A DNA stretch of 64,000 nt from an uncultured Solirubrobacterales bacterium (GTDB taxonomy: Bacteria > Actinomycetota > Thermoleophilia > Solirubrobacterales > Solirubrobacteraceae). Every line of letters starts with the position of its first letter. Position 1 is the first letter of the stretch. The notes below the pieces were generated by a model. It was not told the origin of the DNA, made no database searches, and worked only from the letters and a program-made list of their open reading frames with translations. The stretch is taken from positions 90,717 to 154,716 of the forward strand of contig CAWFTL010000004.1 of assembly GCA_963818815.1 (NCBI GenBank). Direction: 5' to 3'. Made by a program: the position numbers and the translations under genes. Below are positions 10,042-19,129 of this stretch, one piece after another.

Positions 10042-12261
10042 TCAGCGCTTGGAGATCGGGGCCAGGTCGGCCACGAGCTTTCGCTCCGAGCGGTCCTTGC
10101 TGAAGCGGATGACGACGATGCCACCCGGCTCGAGCCCCGTGACCACGCCCTCGCCGAACGACGGATGAGCCACGTCGTCCCCCAGGGCATAAGCCGCCGG
10201 CTGCCCGCCCCCCGCCCCACCCCACGAATCTCGATCGCCACTGCGCGCCGACGCCCACTGCGTCGCGCGGGCGCGCAGCCCGCCCGGCCGGCGCAGCTCC
10301 TGGGCCTCGTGATCGGTGAGCTCGGGAGGGATCTCGGCCACGAACCGGCTCGGCGCGCCGAAGTTCCGGGCCCCGAACACCGTCCGCGTCCGTGCGTAGG
10401 TGATGTACAGGTCGCGCTCGGCGCGAGTGATCCCGACGTAGCAGAGCCGCCGCTCCTCCTCCAGGCCGCCCTCGTCCAACGCCCGGGAATGCGGGAACAC
10501 CCCCTCCTCGCACCCGATCATGAACACGATCGGGTACTCGAGCCCCTTGGCGTTGTGCAGCGTCATCAACGTGACGAGCCCCTGATCGTCGGCTCGCGAG
10601 TCGGCGTCGGCGATCAGCGCCACCTGCTGGAGAAATTCACTAAGCGAATGGCCCTCCTCGCCGGCGTCGGACGCGTCGTACTCGGTGGCCACGTTGACCA
10701 GCTCCTCCAGGTTCTCGATCCGCCCCTGGGCCTCGATCGTCCGCTCGGCCTGCAGGGCCTCGAGGTAGCCCGTCTCGCGCAGGATCTCGCTGATCAGCTC
10801 GGCGATCGGAGTGTTTGCCGCCGCGCGTTCCGCGAGCACGTGCATCGTCCCCATGAAGCGCCTGAAGGCCTTGATCGCGGCGCCTCCCAGTCCGGGAACC
10901 TGCTCGGGATCCGAGGCCGCCTCCCAGATCGAGACGCCCATCGTGTTGGCATGTGCCAGCACCCGCGACAGCGAGGTCGAGCCGATCCCCCGCCGAGGCG
11001 AGTTGACGATGCGGGTGAACGCCCCCACGTCCTGCGGGTTGATGAGGGCCGTGAGGTAGGCGATCGCATCTTTGATCTCGGCGCGCTCGTAGAACTTCGT
11101 GCCCCCGATCACCTGGTAGCCGATCTCCGCCCGCACGAGCGTGTCCTCGAGCACGCGCGACTGGGCGTTGGTCCGGTAGAAGACCGCGATCTCCGACCGC
11201 GACGTGCCCTCGTCGAGCAGTCGCTGGAGCTCGCCCGTGACGTAGCGCGCCTCGGCGTGCTCGTCCTCGAGCTCGCGGACCTTGATCGGATCGCCCTGGC
11301 CGAGCTCGGTCCACAGCGACTTGGGCTTCTGCGCTCGGTTGTTGCGGATCACCGCGTTCGCTGCGTCGAGGATGGTCTGCGTCGAGCGGTAGTTCTGCTC
11401 GAGCTTGACGACGTGGGCATCCGGAAAGTCGTCGGTGAAGTTCAGGATGTTGCGGATGTCGGCCGAGCGAAAGCTGTAGATCGACTGCGCGTCGTCACCC
11501 ACGACCATCAGGTTCCGATGCTCCGAGGCGAGAAGCTGCAGCCAGCGGTACTGCGTGTGGTTGGTGTCCTGGTACTCGTCCACGAGCACGTAGCGGAACC
11601 CGTTTGCGTAGCGCTCGCGGACCTCGTCGAACATCTGCAGCACCTCGACCGCGCGGACGAGTAGGTCGTCGAAGTCCATCGCGTTCATGCGGTGCAGCTC
11701 GCGCTCGTAGCTGCGGTACACGTCGGCCACCGTCTGCTCGAAGAACGAGCCCACCATCTGCGCGTAGGCATCCGCGTTGCGCAGCTTGTTCTTCGCATCG
11801 GAGATCTGCGACTGCACAGCCGCCGGCGTGAAGCGCTTGGGATCGATACCCAGGTCGTCCAGACAGCGCTTCACGAGCCGCCGTGAGTCGGCCTGATCGT
11901 AGATCGTGAACTGGCGCGTGTAGCCAAGCCGGTCGGCGTGGGCGCGCAGCATCCGCGCGCACGCGGAGTGAAATGTCATGACCCACATCGCGCGCACGCG
12001 GCGGCCGACGAGCAGCCCGGCGCGATCGCGCATCTCCCCCGCGGCCTTGTTCGTGAACGTGATGGCCAGGATCTCGTCCGGCCGGGCAGCGCCGGTGGCG
12101 AGCAGGTGGGCGATCCTGTGCGTGAGGACTCGCGTCTTGCCCGACCCGGCCCCGGCGAGGATGAGCAGCGGCCCCTCACCGTAGGTGACGGCGTCTCGCT
12201 GGGGCTCGTTCAGCCCCTCGAGCAGGCCTCGGAGGTCCTCGCTGATGCCGGTCTCGGCCAC
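10042..12261 (-). CDS. pcrA: ATP-dependent DNA helicase PcrA/UvrD
   Basis: AGAGSGKT, TFTNKAA, DEYQDTN, VGDDAQSIY.FR, NYRST, TLHNAKGLEY, EERRL.YVGITRA and a C-terminal Tudor-like domain. Confidence 0.96.
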   Translation of the reverse strand: MAETGISEDLRGLLEGLNEPQRDAVTYGEGPLLILAGAGSGKTRVLTHRIAHLLATGAARPDEILAITFTNKAAGEMRDRAGLLVGRRVRAMWVMTFHSACARMLRAHADRLGYTRQFTIYDQADSRRLVKRCLDDLGIDPKRFTPAAVQSQISDAKNKLRNADAYAQMVGSFFEQTVADVYRSYERELHRMNAMDFDDLLVRAVEVLQMFDEVRERYANGFRYVLVDEYQDTNHTQYRWLQLLASEHRNLMVVGDDAQSIYSFRSADIRNILNFTDDFPDAHVVKLEQNYRSTQTILDAANAVIRNNRAQKPKSLWTELGQGDPIKVRELEDEHAEARYVTGELQRLLDEGTSRSEIAVFYRTNAQSRVLEDTLVRAEIGYQVIGGTKFYERAEIKDAIAYLTALINPQDVGAFTRIVNSPRRGIGSTSLSRVLAHANTMGVSIWEAASDPEQVPGLGGAAIKAFRRFMGTMHVLAERAAANTPIAELISEILRETGYLEALQAERTIEAQGRIENLEELVNVATEYDASDAGEEGHSLSEFLQQVALIADADSRADDQGLVTLMTLHNAKGLEYPIVFMIGCEEGVFPHSRALDEGGLEEERRLCYVGITRAERDLYITYARTRTVFGARNFGAPSRFVAEIPPELTDHEAQELRRPGGLRARATQWASARSGDRDSWGGAGGGQPAAYALGDDVAHPSFGEGVVTGLEPGGIVVIRFSKDRSERKLVADLAPISKR

Positions 12262-12286
12262 CTCTCAACGGTAGCGTCCGGGTCCG

Positions 12287-13195
12287 ATGCACCAGCTGCG
12301 CGCCGCCTGCGCCGAAGTCGCCCGAAATGCGCGTCATGTCCACCTCGTGCACGACGCGATCGCAGGCTATGCGGCGGCCCTGCCCGCGCACGTGAACGGC
12401 CCGGACGCGGATTCGCATCTGCACCGGGGTAGCCGCGAGGAGCTGGCCGCGTTCTGGCTCACGCTGGATGCGATCAACTTCGGCTCGGGGTGGTTTCCGA
12501 CGCTGCGCAAGCCGCCCGGGCGTTCGGGCTACGCGACGGTCGCCGCCGGCGTGCGCGAGCGCTTTGCCCGGGGCGGGCCCTGGAGCGCCTCAGAGCTCGC
12601 GCACATCGAGGTGCAGGAGATCGCTGAAGTCCTGGGCCAGCACCCCGGGCACGAGCTGATGGCCCTGTTTGCACGCTCGCTGCGCGACCTCGGCGAGCGC
12701 ACGTGCACGGAAGCGGACGGCCGGTTCGAGGCGCTCGTCGGCGCCGCGGGCGGTTCGGCAGTGGCGCTGGCCTGGCGCCTCGGCGGCTGGCCTTCGTTCG
12801 CCGACACGTCACGTTATGACGGGATCGACGTCCCGTTCCTCAAGCGGGCGCAGATCGCCGCCGCGGACCTGGCCCGCGCCGGGGTGGCGAGCTTCGCCGA
12901 CCTCGACCAGCTGACGATGTTCGCCGACAACCTCGTGCCGCACGTGCTCCGTCTGGACGGGATCCTGCGCTTCGACGCGGGCCTCGTGGCTCGGATCGAC
13001 CGGGGCGAGCTGGTCGCGCACGACTCCCCCGAGGAGATCGAGATCCGCGCCTGCGCGGTCCACGCCGTGGAGCTGATCGTCGCCGCCCGCCCGGGCAGAC
13101 CCGCCGCGGAGGTCGACCAGATCCTGTGGAACCGCGGCCAGCAGCCCCGCTACAAGGCCTCGCCCCGGCACCGCTGCCGGTGTACGGCGTATTGA
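12287..13195 (+). CDS. Queuosine salvage protein (DUF2419 / Qng1-like Q-nucleotide hydrolase)
   Basis: LDAINFGSGW, FLKRAQI, LTMFADNLVPHVLR..GIL, EIEIRA, DQ.LW and C-terminal RHR...Y resemble the family. Confidence 0.85.
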   Translation: MHQLRAACAEVARNARHVHLVHDAIAGYAAALPAHVNGPDADSHLHRGSREELAAFWLTLDAINFGSGWFPTLRKPPGRSGYATVAAGVRERFARGGPWSASELAHIEVQEIAEVLGQHPGHELMALFARSLRDLGERTCTEADGRFEALVGAAGGSAVALAWRLGGWPSFADTSRYDGIDVPFLKRAQIAAADLARAGVASFADLDQLTMFADNLVPHVLRLDGILRFDAGLVARIDRGELVAHDSPEEIEIRACAVHAVELIVAARPGRPAAEVDQILWNRGQQPRYKASPRHRCRCTAY

Positions 13196-13214
13196 GTGCG
13201 CCGTCCCGGCCGAT

Positions 13215-13251
13215 TTCGAGATTTCTGTGTCTATGGGACAGAAATCTCGAA
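13215..13251. repeat. AT-rich perfect palindrome between convergent genes
   Basis: TTCGAGATTTCTGT (13215-13228) / ACAGAAATCTCGAA (13238-13251), 14-bp stem. The loop GTCTATGGG contains CTATGG. Confidence 0.7.
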
Positions 13252-13262
13252 CGCGCGCCCGC

Positions 13263-14525
13263 TCAGCCCCGCCCCTCGACCGCCTCCCGCCGCGCCCGGA
13301 CGATCGCCTCGGCGCCCTCCTCGCCCACCAGGAGCTCGGCCCGGTGCGTGCGGCTCGCCGCCACGTCCACGGCCGGGAAGTGCCCGGCCGCGGCCAAGCG
13401 GCTGCTGAGGACCAGGACCGTGGTCTCGCCGCCCACCGGCGCCAAGGCCGTGGCCACGACGGTCAGCGATCCCCCGTCGACGATGTTCCGTGCGGCGGCG
13501 AGGGCCCGGCGCGCGGCGCCCGAATGCAGGCCGGCGAGCGTGTCGATCAGCACCACGACGTGCGCGCCCCGGGCCGCCATCCGCCGGCCCTGATCGACGA
13601 CCAGGTCGACGGCGTGACCCTGCGCATCGGAGGACGCCTCGAAGCTCACCGCGCTGGTCGGGGCCGTCTCGGCCTCGTTCCACTGCGCGATCTCCTCGGG
13701 CCTCACGCCCGCCAGCGCGATCGAGACCTCCACCCCATCCTCGGCTGCCAGCACCGCGGCGATCCGCCGCAGGAGCTCGGTCTTGCCCGAGCCCGCCGGT
13801 CCCGCGATCGTCACCCGCGATCCGCGGCCGAACGGGGCGACGGCCTCCACCGCCGCGAGCGCCTCATCGCCGAGCGCCAAGCGCTCGGTGGCGAAGGCCG
13901 CCGGCAGGTCCTCGAAGCGGCCGCCCGTCGCCTCCTCCACCGGCCGGCCGTTGACGGTTTCGACGCGGACCAGCGAGGCGAAGCGCTCCGAGCGCCGCGG
14001 CGCCCGCCGCGGACCGGCGATCCGGTCGCCCGAGACGAGCTCGCAGCGCTTGACCTGCGCAGCCGAGACGTAGACGTCGTGGTCCGAGGGCTCGGGCGGG
14101 TCGACGCGGATGAAGCCCGAGCCGTTGGGCAGGAGCTCGACGACGCCCTCAACGGTGTCCTCCTCGCGCGGTGCCGGGGCCGCGGCCTCGGGCGCCTCGG
14201 CGTCCGCCTCGGCCTCCGGAGCGGCCTCCGACTGCGCCTCCGGGCGGGCTTCCGCAGCCGGTTCTTCGGTCCGGGCGCGGCCCCCGCGGCGCGAACGGGT
14301 CCGGCGACGCGGCGCCGGCGCGTCCCCGGCAGCCTCAGCGTCCTCGGCGGCCTCGGAGGACGCGGACGCCTCCGGGGCGTCCCCGCCGTCTCCCTCGCCG
14401 AGGATCCTGTCGATCAGCTCGGCCCGGCGCAGCCGGCGGTAGCCGTCGATCGAGAGCTCCGAAGCGATCGCGTGAAGGTCGGCCAGCGGGCTGGCTTCAA
14501 GGGCGTCGCGGTCGAGCACGGACAT
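13263..14525 (-). CDS. Degenerate transcription termination factor Rho paralogue
   Basis: Rho N-terminal helical domain (LADLHAIASELSI.GYRRLRRAELI), OB-fold (GVVELLPNGSGF, DVYVSAAQVKR), PFGRG.R..I.GPAGSGKT, RPEE, AARNIVDGGSLTVVATAL, FPAVD, ELL. Internal deletions are present. Confidence 0.85.
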   Translation of the reverse strand: MSVLDRDALEASPLADLHAIASELSIDGYRRLRRAELIDRILGEGDGGDAPEASASSEAAEDAEAAGDAPAPRRRTRSRRGGRARTEEPAAEARPEAQSEAAPEAEADAEAPEAAAPAPREEDTVEGVVELLPNGSGFIRVDPPEPSDHDVYVSAAQVKRCELVSGDRIAGPRRAPRRSERFASLVRVETVNGRPVEEATGGRFEDLPAAFATERLALGDEALAAVEAVAPFGRGSRVTIAGPAGSGKTELLRRIAAVLAAEDGVEVSIALAGVRPEEIAQWNEAETAPTSAVSFEASSDAQGHAVDLVVDQGRRMAARGAHVVVLIDTLAGLHSGAARRALAAARNIVDGGSLTVVATALAPVGGETTVLVLSSRLAAAGHFPAVDVAASRTHRAELLVGEEGAEAIVRARREAVEGRG

Positions 14526-14613
14526 TCGTTACCTCCTGGTATGCGGGTTAGCTCCGGCCGCGTCGAGGCAGCGGCCGACGATCCTCAATCTAGCGGCCGG
14601 CGCGGATGCGCGG

Positions 14614-15229
14614 TCAGGCCGGGGGCGGGGGTACCGAGCCCTCGGGGCCCCACGGCGCCACGGCCGGGGACGCCGGGACCGTCGGCATGCCGTACGCATC
14701 GCCGGCGCTCTCGAACCGGACGAAGCCGGTCTGTCCCGCGAACGAGCCCTCGCGCATCCCGAACGACCCCACGAGCACGGCCAGTGCCCCGGCGAGCGCG
14801 ACATAGCCGCCGGTGGCCGGGTGCAGCACGCCGTCCGGTCCGGGCGGCACGAGCACCCGATAGAGCGCCAGCACCGCCGCCAGGGCGCCTGCGGCGCCAA
14901 GCAGCCCCGGCAGGGCAACCGCCCGGCCCGAGTACGCCAGCAGAGCCAACCCGCCCGCCACGATCCCGACGACCAGCAGCACGATGTCGATCGTCTGAAA
15001 GACCTGCCAGGCGTTCACGTGCAGCGGCCCGAGCTGGCGCGCGAGCTCCAGGCCCTGGTGCACCAGCGGCGCGAAGGCGCCCAGCTGCTGCGCCGTCTGA
15101 TCGACCTGATTGATCAGCGCACGGCGGGATCTCGAGCCGATACCAGGGCAGCCACAGGCTGACCACGATCGCGCCCGCCCCGAGCGCGACGGTGAAATGG
15201 CCCCACCCGGTGCGGGCTTCGGGCTCCAT
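14614..15229 (-). pseudogene. LPWY-family membrane protein split by a single-base frameshift near 15121-15126
   Basis: MEPEARTG...SLWLPWYRLEIP is in one frame and ALINQVDQ...NAWQVF...LYRVLVPPGP...GGYVAL in another. Removing one base joins them. Confidence 0.7.
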
Positions 15230-15293
15230 GGCGTCCAGATCGGCCGATCCGGGGCTGGGCTTGAGGCCGGCAGGGCCCGAGCCGGACGGTCGC

Positions 15294-16202
15294 TCAGCCG
15301 GTCCGTCGCTCCCAGCGCAACTCGTCGGCCAGTCGCGCTCCGGGGTCGAGCTCCCGGTCGCCGTCGAGGGCTTCCTGCACGGCCATGAAGTCGGCCACCG
15401 CGGCGACGTCGTGCACACGCAGCATGTGCGCGCCGGATCGCACGCCGTGGCCGGCCGCGGCGAGCGTGCCGGCCAGCCTCGCCCGGGGCGCACGGCCCGT
15501 GAGCACGCCGATGAAGTCCTTGCGCGAGACAGCCAGCAGCACGGGCCGCTCGAGCGCATGCAGCTCGCCGAGCCGGCGCAGCATCTCGATCGTCTGCGCC
15601 GGCGTCTTGGCGAAGTCGGGACCGGGATCGAGCATCAGCTGCTCGAACGCCACGCCGCGTGCCGTGGCGAGCTCGATCCGCTCCCGCAAGAAGGCGAGCA
15701 CGTCCTCCATGACGCGGCCGTCGAGGCCGGCGTCGAAGTACTTCTCCTTCGGCGCAGCGAGCGTGTGCATGAGCACGAGACCGGCCCCCGTCTGCGCGCA
15801 GACGTCGGCCAATCCGGGATCGCGCAGGCCGCTCACGTCGTTGACGATGCACGCCCCCGCCTCGATCGCCGCCTGCGCCACCCGGGGCTTGTACGTGTCC
15901 ACGGACACCGGGACCCCGAGCTCTCTCGTCACGGCCTCGATCAGCGGCACGACGCGAGCGACCTCCTCCTCCGGCTCGACCGCCGGCCGGTTGGTCACGC
16001 CCGACTCCCCGCCGATATCGATCAGCCGCGCGCCCGCCTGCACCAGCGAGCGCGCCAGCGCCACGCGGTCCTCGAGGCCGCGCCCGCCGTCTCCGTCCGA
16101 GAACGAATCCGGGGTCGCGTTGACGATTCCCATGAGCCAAGGCCGCCCGCCCAGCTCCAGCTCGCCCGCCGCCGTCCGAAGCGTTCGCGGCGGCGGCCTC
16201 AC
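15294..16202 (-). CDS. folP: Dihydropteroate synthase
   Basis: MGIVNATPDSFSDG, IDIGGES, SVDTYK, IVNDVSG, DPGPDFAKT, SRKDFIG, RVHDV. Confidence 0.95.
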   Translation of the reverse strand: MRPPPRTLRTAAGELELGGRPWLMGIVNATPDSFSDGDGGRGLEDRVALARSLVQAGARLIDIGGESGVTNRPAVEPEEEVARVVPLIEAVTRELGVPVSVDTYKPRVAQAAIEAGACIVNDVSGLRDPGLADVCAQTGAGLVLMHTLAAPKEKYFDAGLDGRVMEDVLAFLRERIELATARGVAFEQLMLDPGPDFAKTPAQTIEMLRRLGELHALERPVLLAVSRKDFIGVLTGRAPRARLAGTLAAAGHGVRSGAHMLRVHDVAAVADFMAVQEALDGDRELDPGARLADELRWERRTG

Positions 16203-17881
16203 GTCGCCTCCGCCGAGATCCCCTCGGCGCCGGCCTCGGCGCGGAAGCGCTCCACCTCCAGGTCAACGCGGCGCTCGTCCCATCCGAGCTCCTCGCCGAT
16301 CGCGCGCGCCACCCGCAACGGCACCTCGCTACCGGCTGTGCCCACCTCGCGGCCGGCCAGCAACCCCAGCCGCGTACGCCGCAGCAGAACGTCGGCCACC
16401 GTGCCGGCCTGCTCGTTGCGGGCCGCGAAGGGGGCCTCGGCCAGGAGGTCCGGCAGCCCCGCGACGATCGGCTGGGCCAGCTCGCCGCGCTCCGCGGCGA
16501 CGGCGAGGACGTGCTCGGCGGCGTGGCCGTAGCGCCCGGCCAGGGCAGCGTAGGAGTCCTCCGGCACGCCCTCCACGCGCGCCAGCTGCGCAGGATCGGT
16601 CGGTGCACCGAGGGGAATCTCGTGCGTCCGGCACGGCGCGTTGCGCCCGTCGCGCTCGACCAACCGGTCGACGGCCAGCTTGGCCATCCGCCGCCACGTC
16701 GTGAGCTTCCCGCCCGTGATCGTGATCAGGCCGCTCGAGGTCTCGTACAGCTCAGCCTTGCGCGAGATGTCCACCGACTTTCGCGAGTCGCCGGTCGAGA
16801 TCAGCGGCCGCACGCCGGCGTAGGCGCCGACCAGGTCGTCCGGTCCGAGCGTCGTGCCGAAGAAGCCGTTGGTCGCCTCGAGCAGGTAGCGGACGTCATC
16901 GGGGTCGGGCTGGACGTGGTCGACGTCGCCGTCGTAGTTGTTGTCAGTGGTCCCGACGAGGCTCCGGCCCAGCCAGGGCAGGGCGAAGATCGAGCGCCCC
17001 TCGGGCGCGGGGACGATCGCGCCGGCCACCAGCGGCAGCTCGGACGCCGAGAGCATCACGTGGGTGCCGCGGCTGGGCACGATGCGGGGGACCTCAGCCT
17101 CGGAGTGAAGCTCCTCGGGGCGGATGCGGTCGGCCCACACTCCCGTGGCGTTGACCACGTTCTCGGCCCGCACGAGGAGCTCCCGGTCGCTGGCGTGATC
17201 GCGCACCCGCAGCCCTGGGCCGTCGCCGTTTTCTCCCACCAGCTCGACCACCTCGAGCCGGTTGGCGCAGATCGCGCCGAAGCGCTCGGCCTCGCCCAGC
17301 ACGGTCAGCACGAGGCGCACGTCGTCGGTCTGGCAGTCATAGAACAGATAGCCGCCGGTCGGCTCGCGGCCGCGCAGGGCGGGCAGCAGCTCCGCCGCCT
17401 CCTCGCCCGAGATCACGCGGTGGCGCTCCGGGCTCCAGTCGGCCTCGTTGTCCTCTCCCAGAGCCCGCTCGGCCCGGCGCGCGCTGCGCCGCCCGCGCAG
17501 GCGGGGCGTGGCCATGACGTCGTACATGTTCAGCCCGATCCCCATCAGGCGGTCGGGCCTGGCCCCGTTGAAGGCGGGCACGACCAGCGGCAGCGGGTGC
17601 ACGAGATGCGGGGCCAGCTTGACCATCAGCTGGCGCTCGAGCAGGGCCTCGCGCACGAGCCCCAGGTCGAAGTTCTGCAGGTAGCGCAATCCCCCGTGGA
17701 CGAGCTTGGAGGAACGGCTGCTGGTGCCGGCCGCAAAGTCGGCCTTCTCGAGCAGCGCGACGCTGTATCCGCGCGAGGCCGCGTCCAGGGCGACGCCGGC
17801 CCCCGTGATCCCGCCGCCGATCACCGCCACGTCGAACTCCTCGGAGGCGAGGATCTCGATCGCCCGCTCGCGCGTGAGCAT
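16199..17881 (-). CDS. glpD: FAD-dependent glycerol-3-phosphate dehydrogenase/oxidase
   Basis: IGGGITGAGVALDAASRG, GTSSRSSKLVHGGLRYL, NATGVWAD, AGVRPL, GGKLTTWR. Confidence 0.93.
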   Translation of the reverse strand: MLTRERAIEILASEEFDVAVIGGGITGAGVALDAASRGYSVALLEKADFAAGTSSRSSKLVHGGLRYLQNFDLGLVREALLERQLMVKLAPHLVHPLPLVVPAFNGARPDRLMGIGLNMYDVMATPRLRGRRSARRAERALGEDNEADWSPERHRVISGEEAAELLPALRGREPTGGYLFYDCQTDDVRLVLTVLGEAERFGAICANRLEVVELVGENGDGPGLRVRDHASDRELLVRAENVVNATGVWADRIRPEELHSEAEVPRIVPSRGTHVMLSASELPLVAGAIVPAPEGRSIFALPWLGRSLVGTTDNNYDGDVDHVQPDPDDVRYLLEATNGFFGTTLGPDDLVGAYAGVRPLISTGDSRKSVDISRKAELYETSSGLITITGGKLTTWRRMAKLAVDRLVERDGRNAPCRTHEIPLGAPTDPAQLARVEGVPEDSYAALAGRYGHAAEHVLAVAAERGELAQPIVAGLPDLLAEAPFAARNEQAGTVADVLLRRTRLGLLAGREVGTAGSEVPLRVARAIGEELGWDERRVDLEVERFRAEAGAEGISAEAT

Positions 17882-17914
17882 GGCCCTGAGACTACTTGCG
17901 GCTTGGAAGCGGGC

Positions 17915-18775
17915 TCAGCCGACGGCCTTGCGGTACAGCCCCAGCATCAGCTGGTACATCTCGTTCGACGTCTCGCCGCCGGGGCAGCAGGGCGGCCCGC
18001 CCGGGTCGCTGATCCCGATCTCGATGTGAGGACCGCTGGAGATGCCCACGTCCCCGCAGCCGACCTCGGCGATCGGCTGACCGGTGGTGACATGGGTGCC
18101 GACCTTCACCAACGCGGGCATCGCGTGGCCGTAGTAGATGTAGCGGCCGCGGTACGGCCCGCTGTCGACCTTGAGGATCGGGGCCGCGGACCCGAAGCCG
18201 CTGATGCCCTCCTGCACGATCGTCCCTGACGTCACTGCCACCTCGACCACGCTGGAGCCGCACGCCCCGCCCGTGGTGGCGATGTCGACGCCCTGGTCGC
18301 GCGTCCAGTGCGAGGGGCCGAGGGCCCTGCTGGCGGGACGCAGCGGGAACACCCAGCTGGTCGAGCTGTCAGGCGAGGCCCCGCCGCCGCCAATCACGCC
18401 CGAGCTGCTGGCGGCGCGCTTGACCGCGCCGAGCAGGGCCGAGGCGGTCCGCCGTCCGACGGTGCCGCTGGCCGGCGTCAGCTTGTACGCGCGCTGAAAG
18501 CGCCGGACCGACGATTGCGTCACGGTGCCGAAGTAGCCGGTCTCAGGAACCTGGTAGCCGACCTCGGTCAGCCACGTCTGGAGCGTCTTCACGTCCTGGC
18601 CCGACTCGCCGCGGCGCAGGACGCGCCCGAAGGCCGAGTACACGACGGCCGAGCTGTCGAAGCCCTTGGGGTGCTGCGGCGCGATCGAGGCGCCGCCCGA
18701 GCCCGCCCACGCGGTCGCCGGCGCCGCGAGCAGAGTCACGGCGAGCAGGACGGAGAGACGGCGGGCGAAGGCCAT
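17915..18775 (-). CDS. Secreted peptidoglycan-binding + atypical M23/LytM-domain protein
   Basis: Signal peptide (ATG 18775), PG_binding_1 ([15 protein letters not shown]...GYF...T..SVRRFQ), then [34 protein letters not shown]. Confidence 0.85.
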   Translation of the reverse strand: MAFARRLSVLLAVTLLAAPATAWAGSGGASIAPQHPKGFDSSAVVYSAFGRVLRRGESGQDVKTLQTWLTEVGYQVPETGYFGTVTQSSVRRFQRAYKLTPASGTVGRRTASALLGAVKRAASSSGVIGGGGASPDSSTSWVFPLRPASRALGPSHWTRDQGVDIATTGGACGSSVVEVAVTSGTIVQEGISGFGSAAPILKVDSGPYRGRYIYYGHAMPALVKVGTHVTTGQPIAEVGCGDVGISSGPHIEIGISDPGGPPCCPGGETSNEMYQLMLGLYRKAVG

Positions 18776-18910
18776 TACTGATGCCGCTCGGACCGCCCCG
18801 GCGGCACGCCTTCCTCCCGGCCGGGGTTGCACAGCCTCTTCGGTTGAAACCTGCAGAAAGCCGAACACGCAGGACACTCCGCTGGGCACGGTCTTGCACT
18901 TGTCGCCTGA

Positions 18911-19038
18911 TGCCTGCGGAGTTAGCTGTCGGGCTCGCGCTTGTCTGGCAAGCGCTTCCCACGGATCACCGTGAGACTCGCCCCAATGTGTTGGGTTCCC
19001 CGCTCCCCGGGGCGGCAGTCCGGGGATTCGGCGGGCAG
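18911..19038 (-). ncRNA. c-di-AMP (ydaO/yuaA) riboswitch
   Basis: The minus strand reads GCCGAATCC...GGAGCGGGGAACC...TTGGGGCGAGTC...GAGCCCGACAGCTAACTCCGCAGGC, matching the conserved ydaO segments. It lies upstream of a cell-wall hydrolase-like gene. Confidence 0.92.
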
Positions 19039-19129
19039 GAACGTACCAGAATGATCGGACGCGCGCATGCGCGCGTCCGCCGGGGCGTGCATGCACGCCC
19101 CGGGGACCGGCCGCATGCGGCCGGTCCTA

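Noticed and set aside
9865-11664. 599-aa plus-strand ORF
   Set aside because: Antisense to pcrA; long stop-free shadow frames are expected at this GC content.
13263-14525. Calling this gene the canonical rho
   Set aside because: The catalytic Glu, Arg valve and Q/R loops are missing, so the gene symbol was withheld.
14614-16608. 664-aa minus-strand ORF as a single gene
   Set aside because: Only the last about 170 codons are protein-like (frameshifted membrane gene); the rest is an alternative frame of folP/glpD.
16511-18229. 572-aa plus-strand ORF
   Set aside because: Antisense shadow of glpD and the M23 gene.
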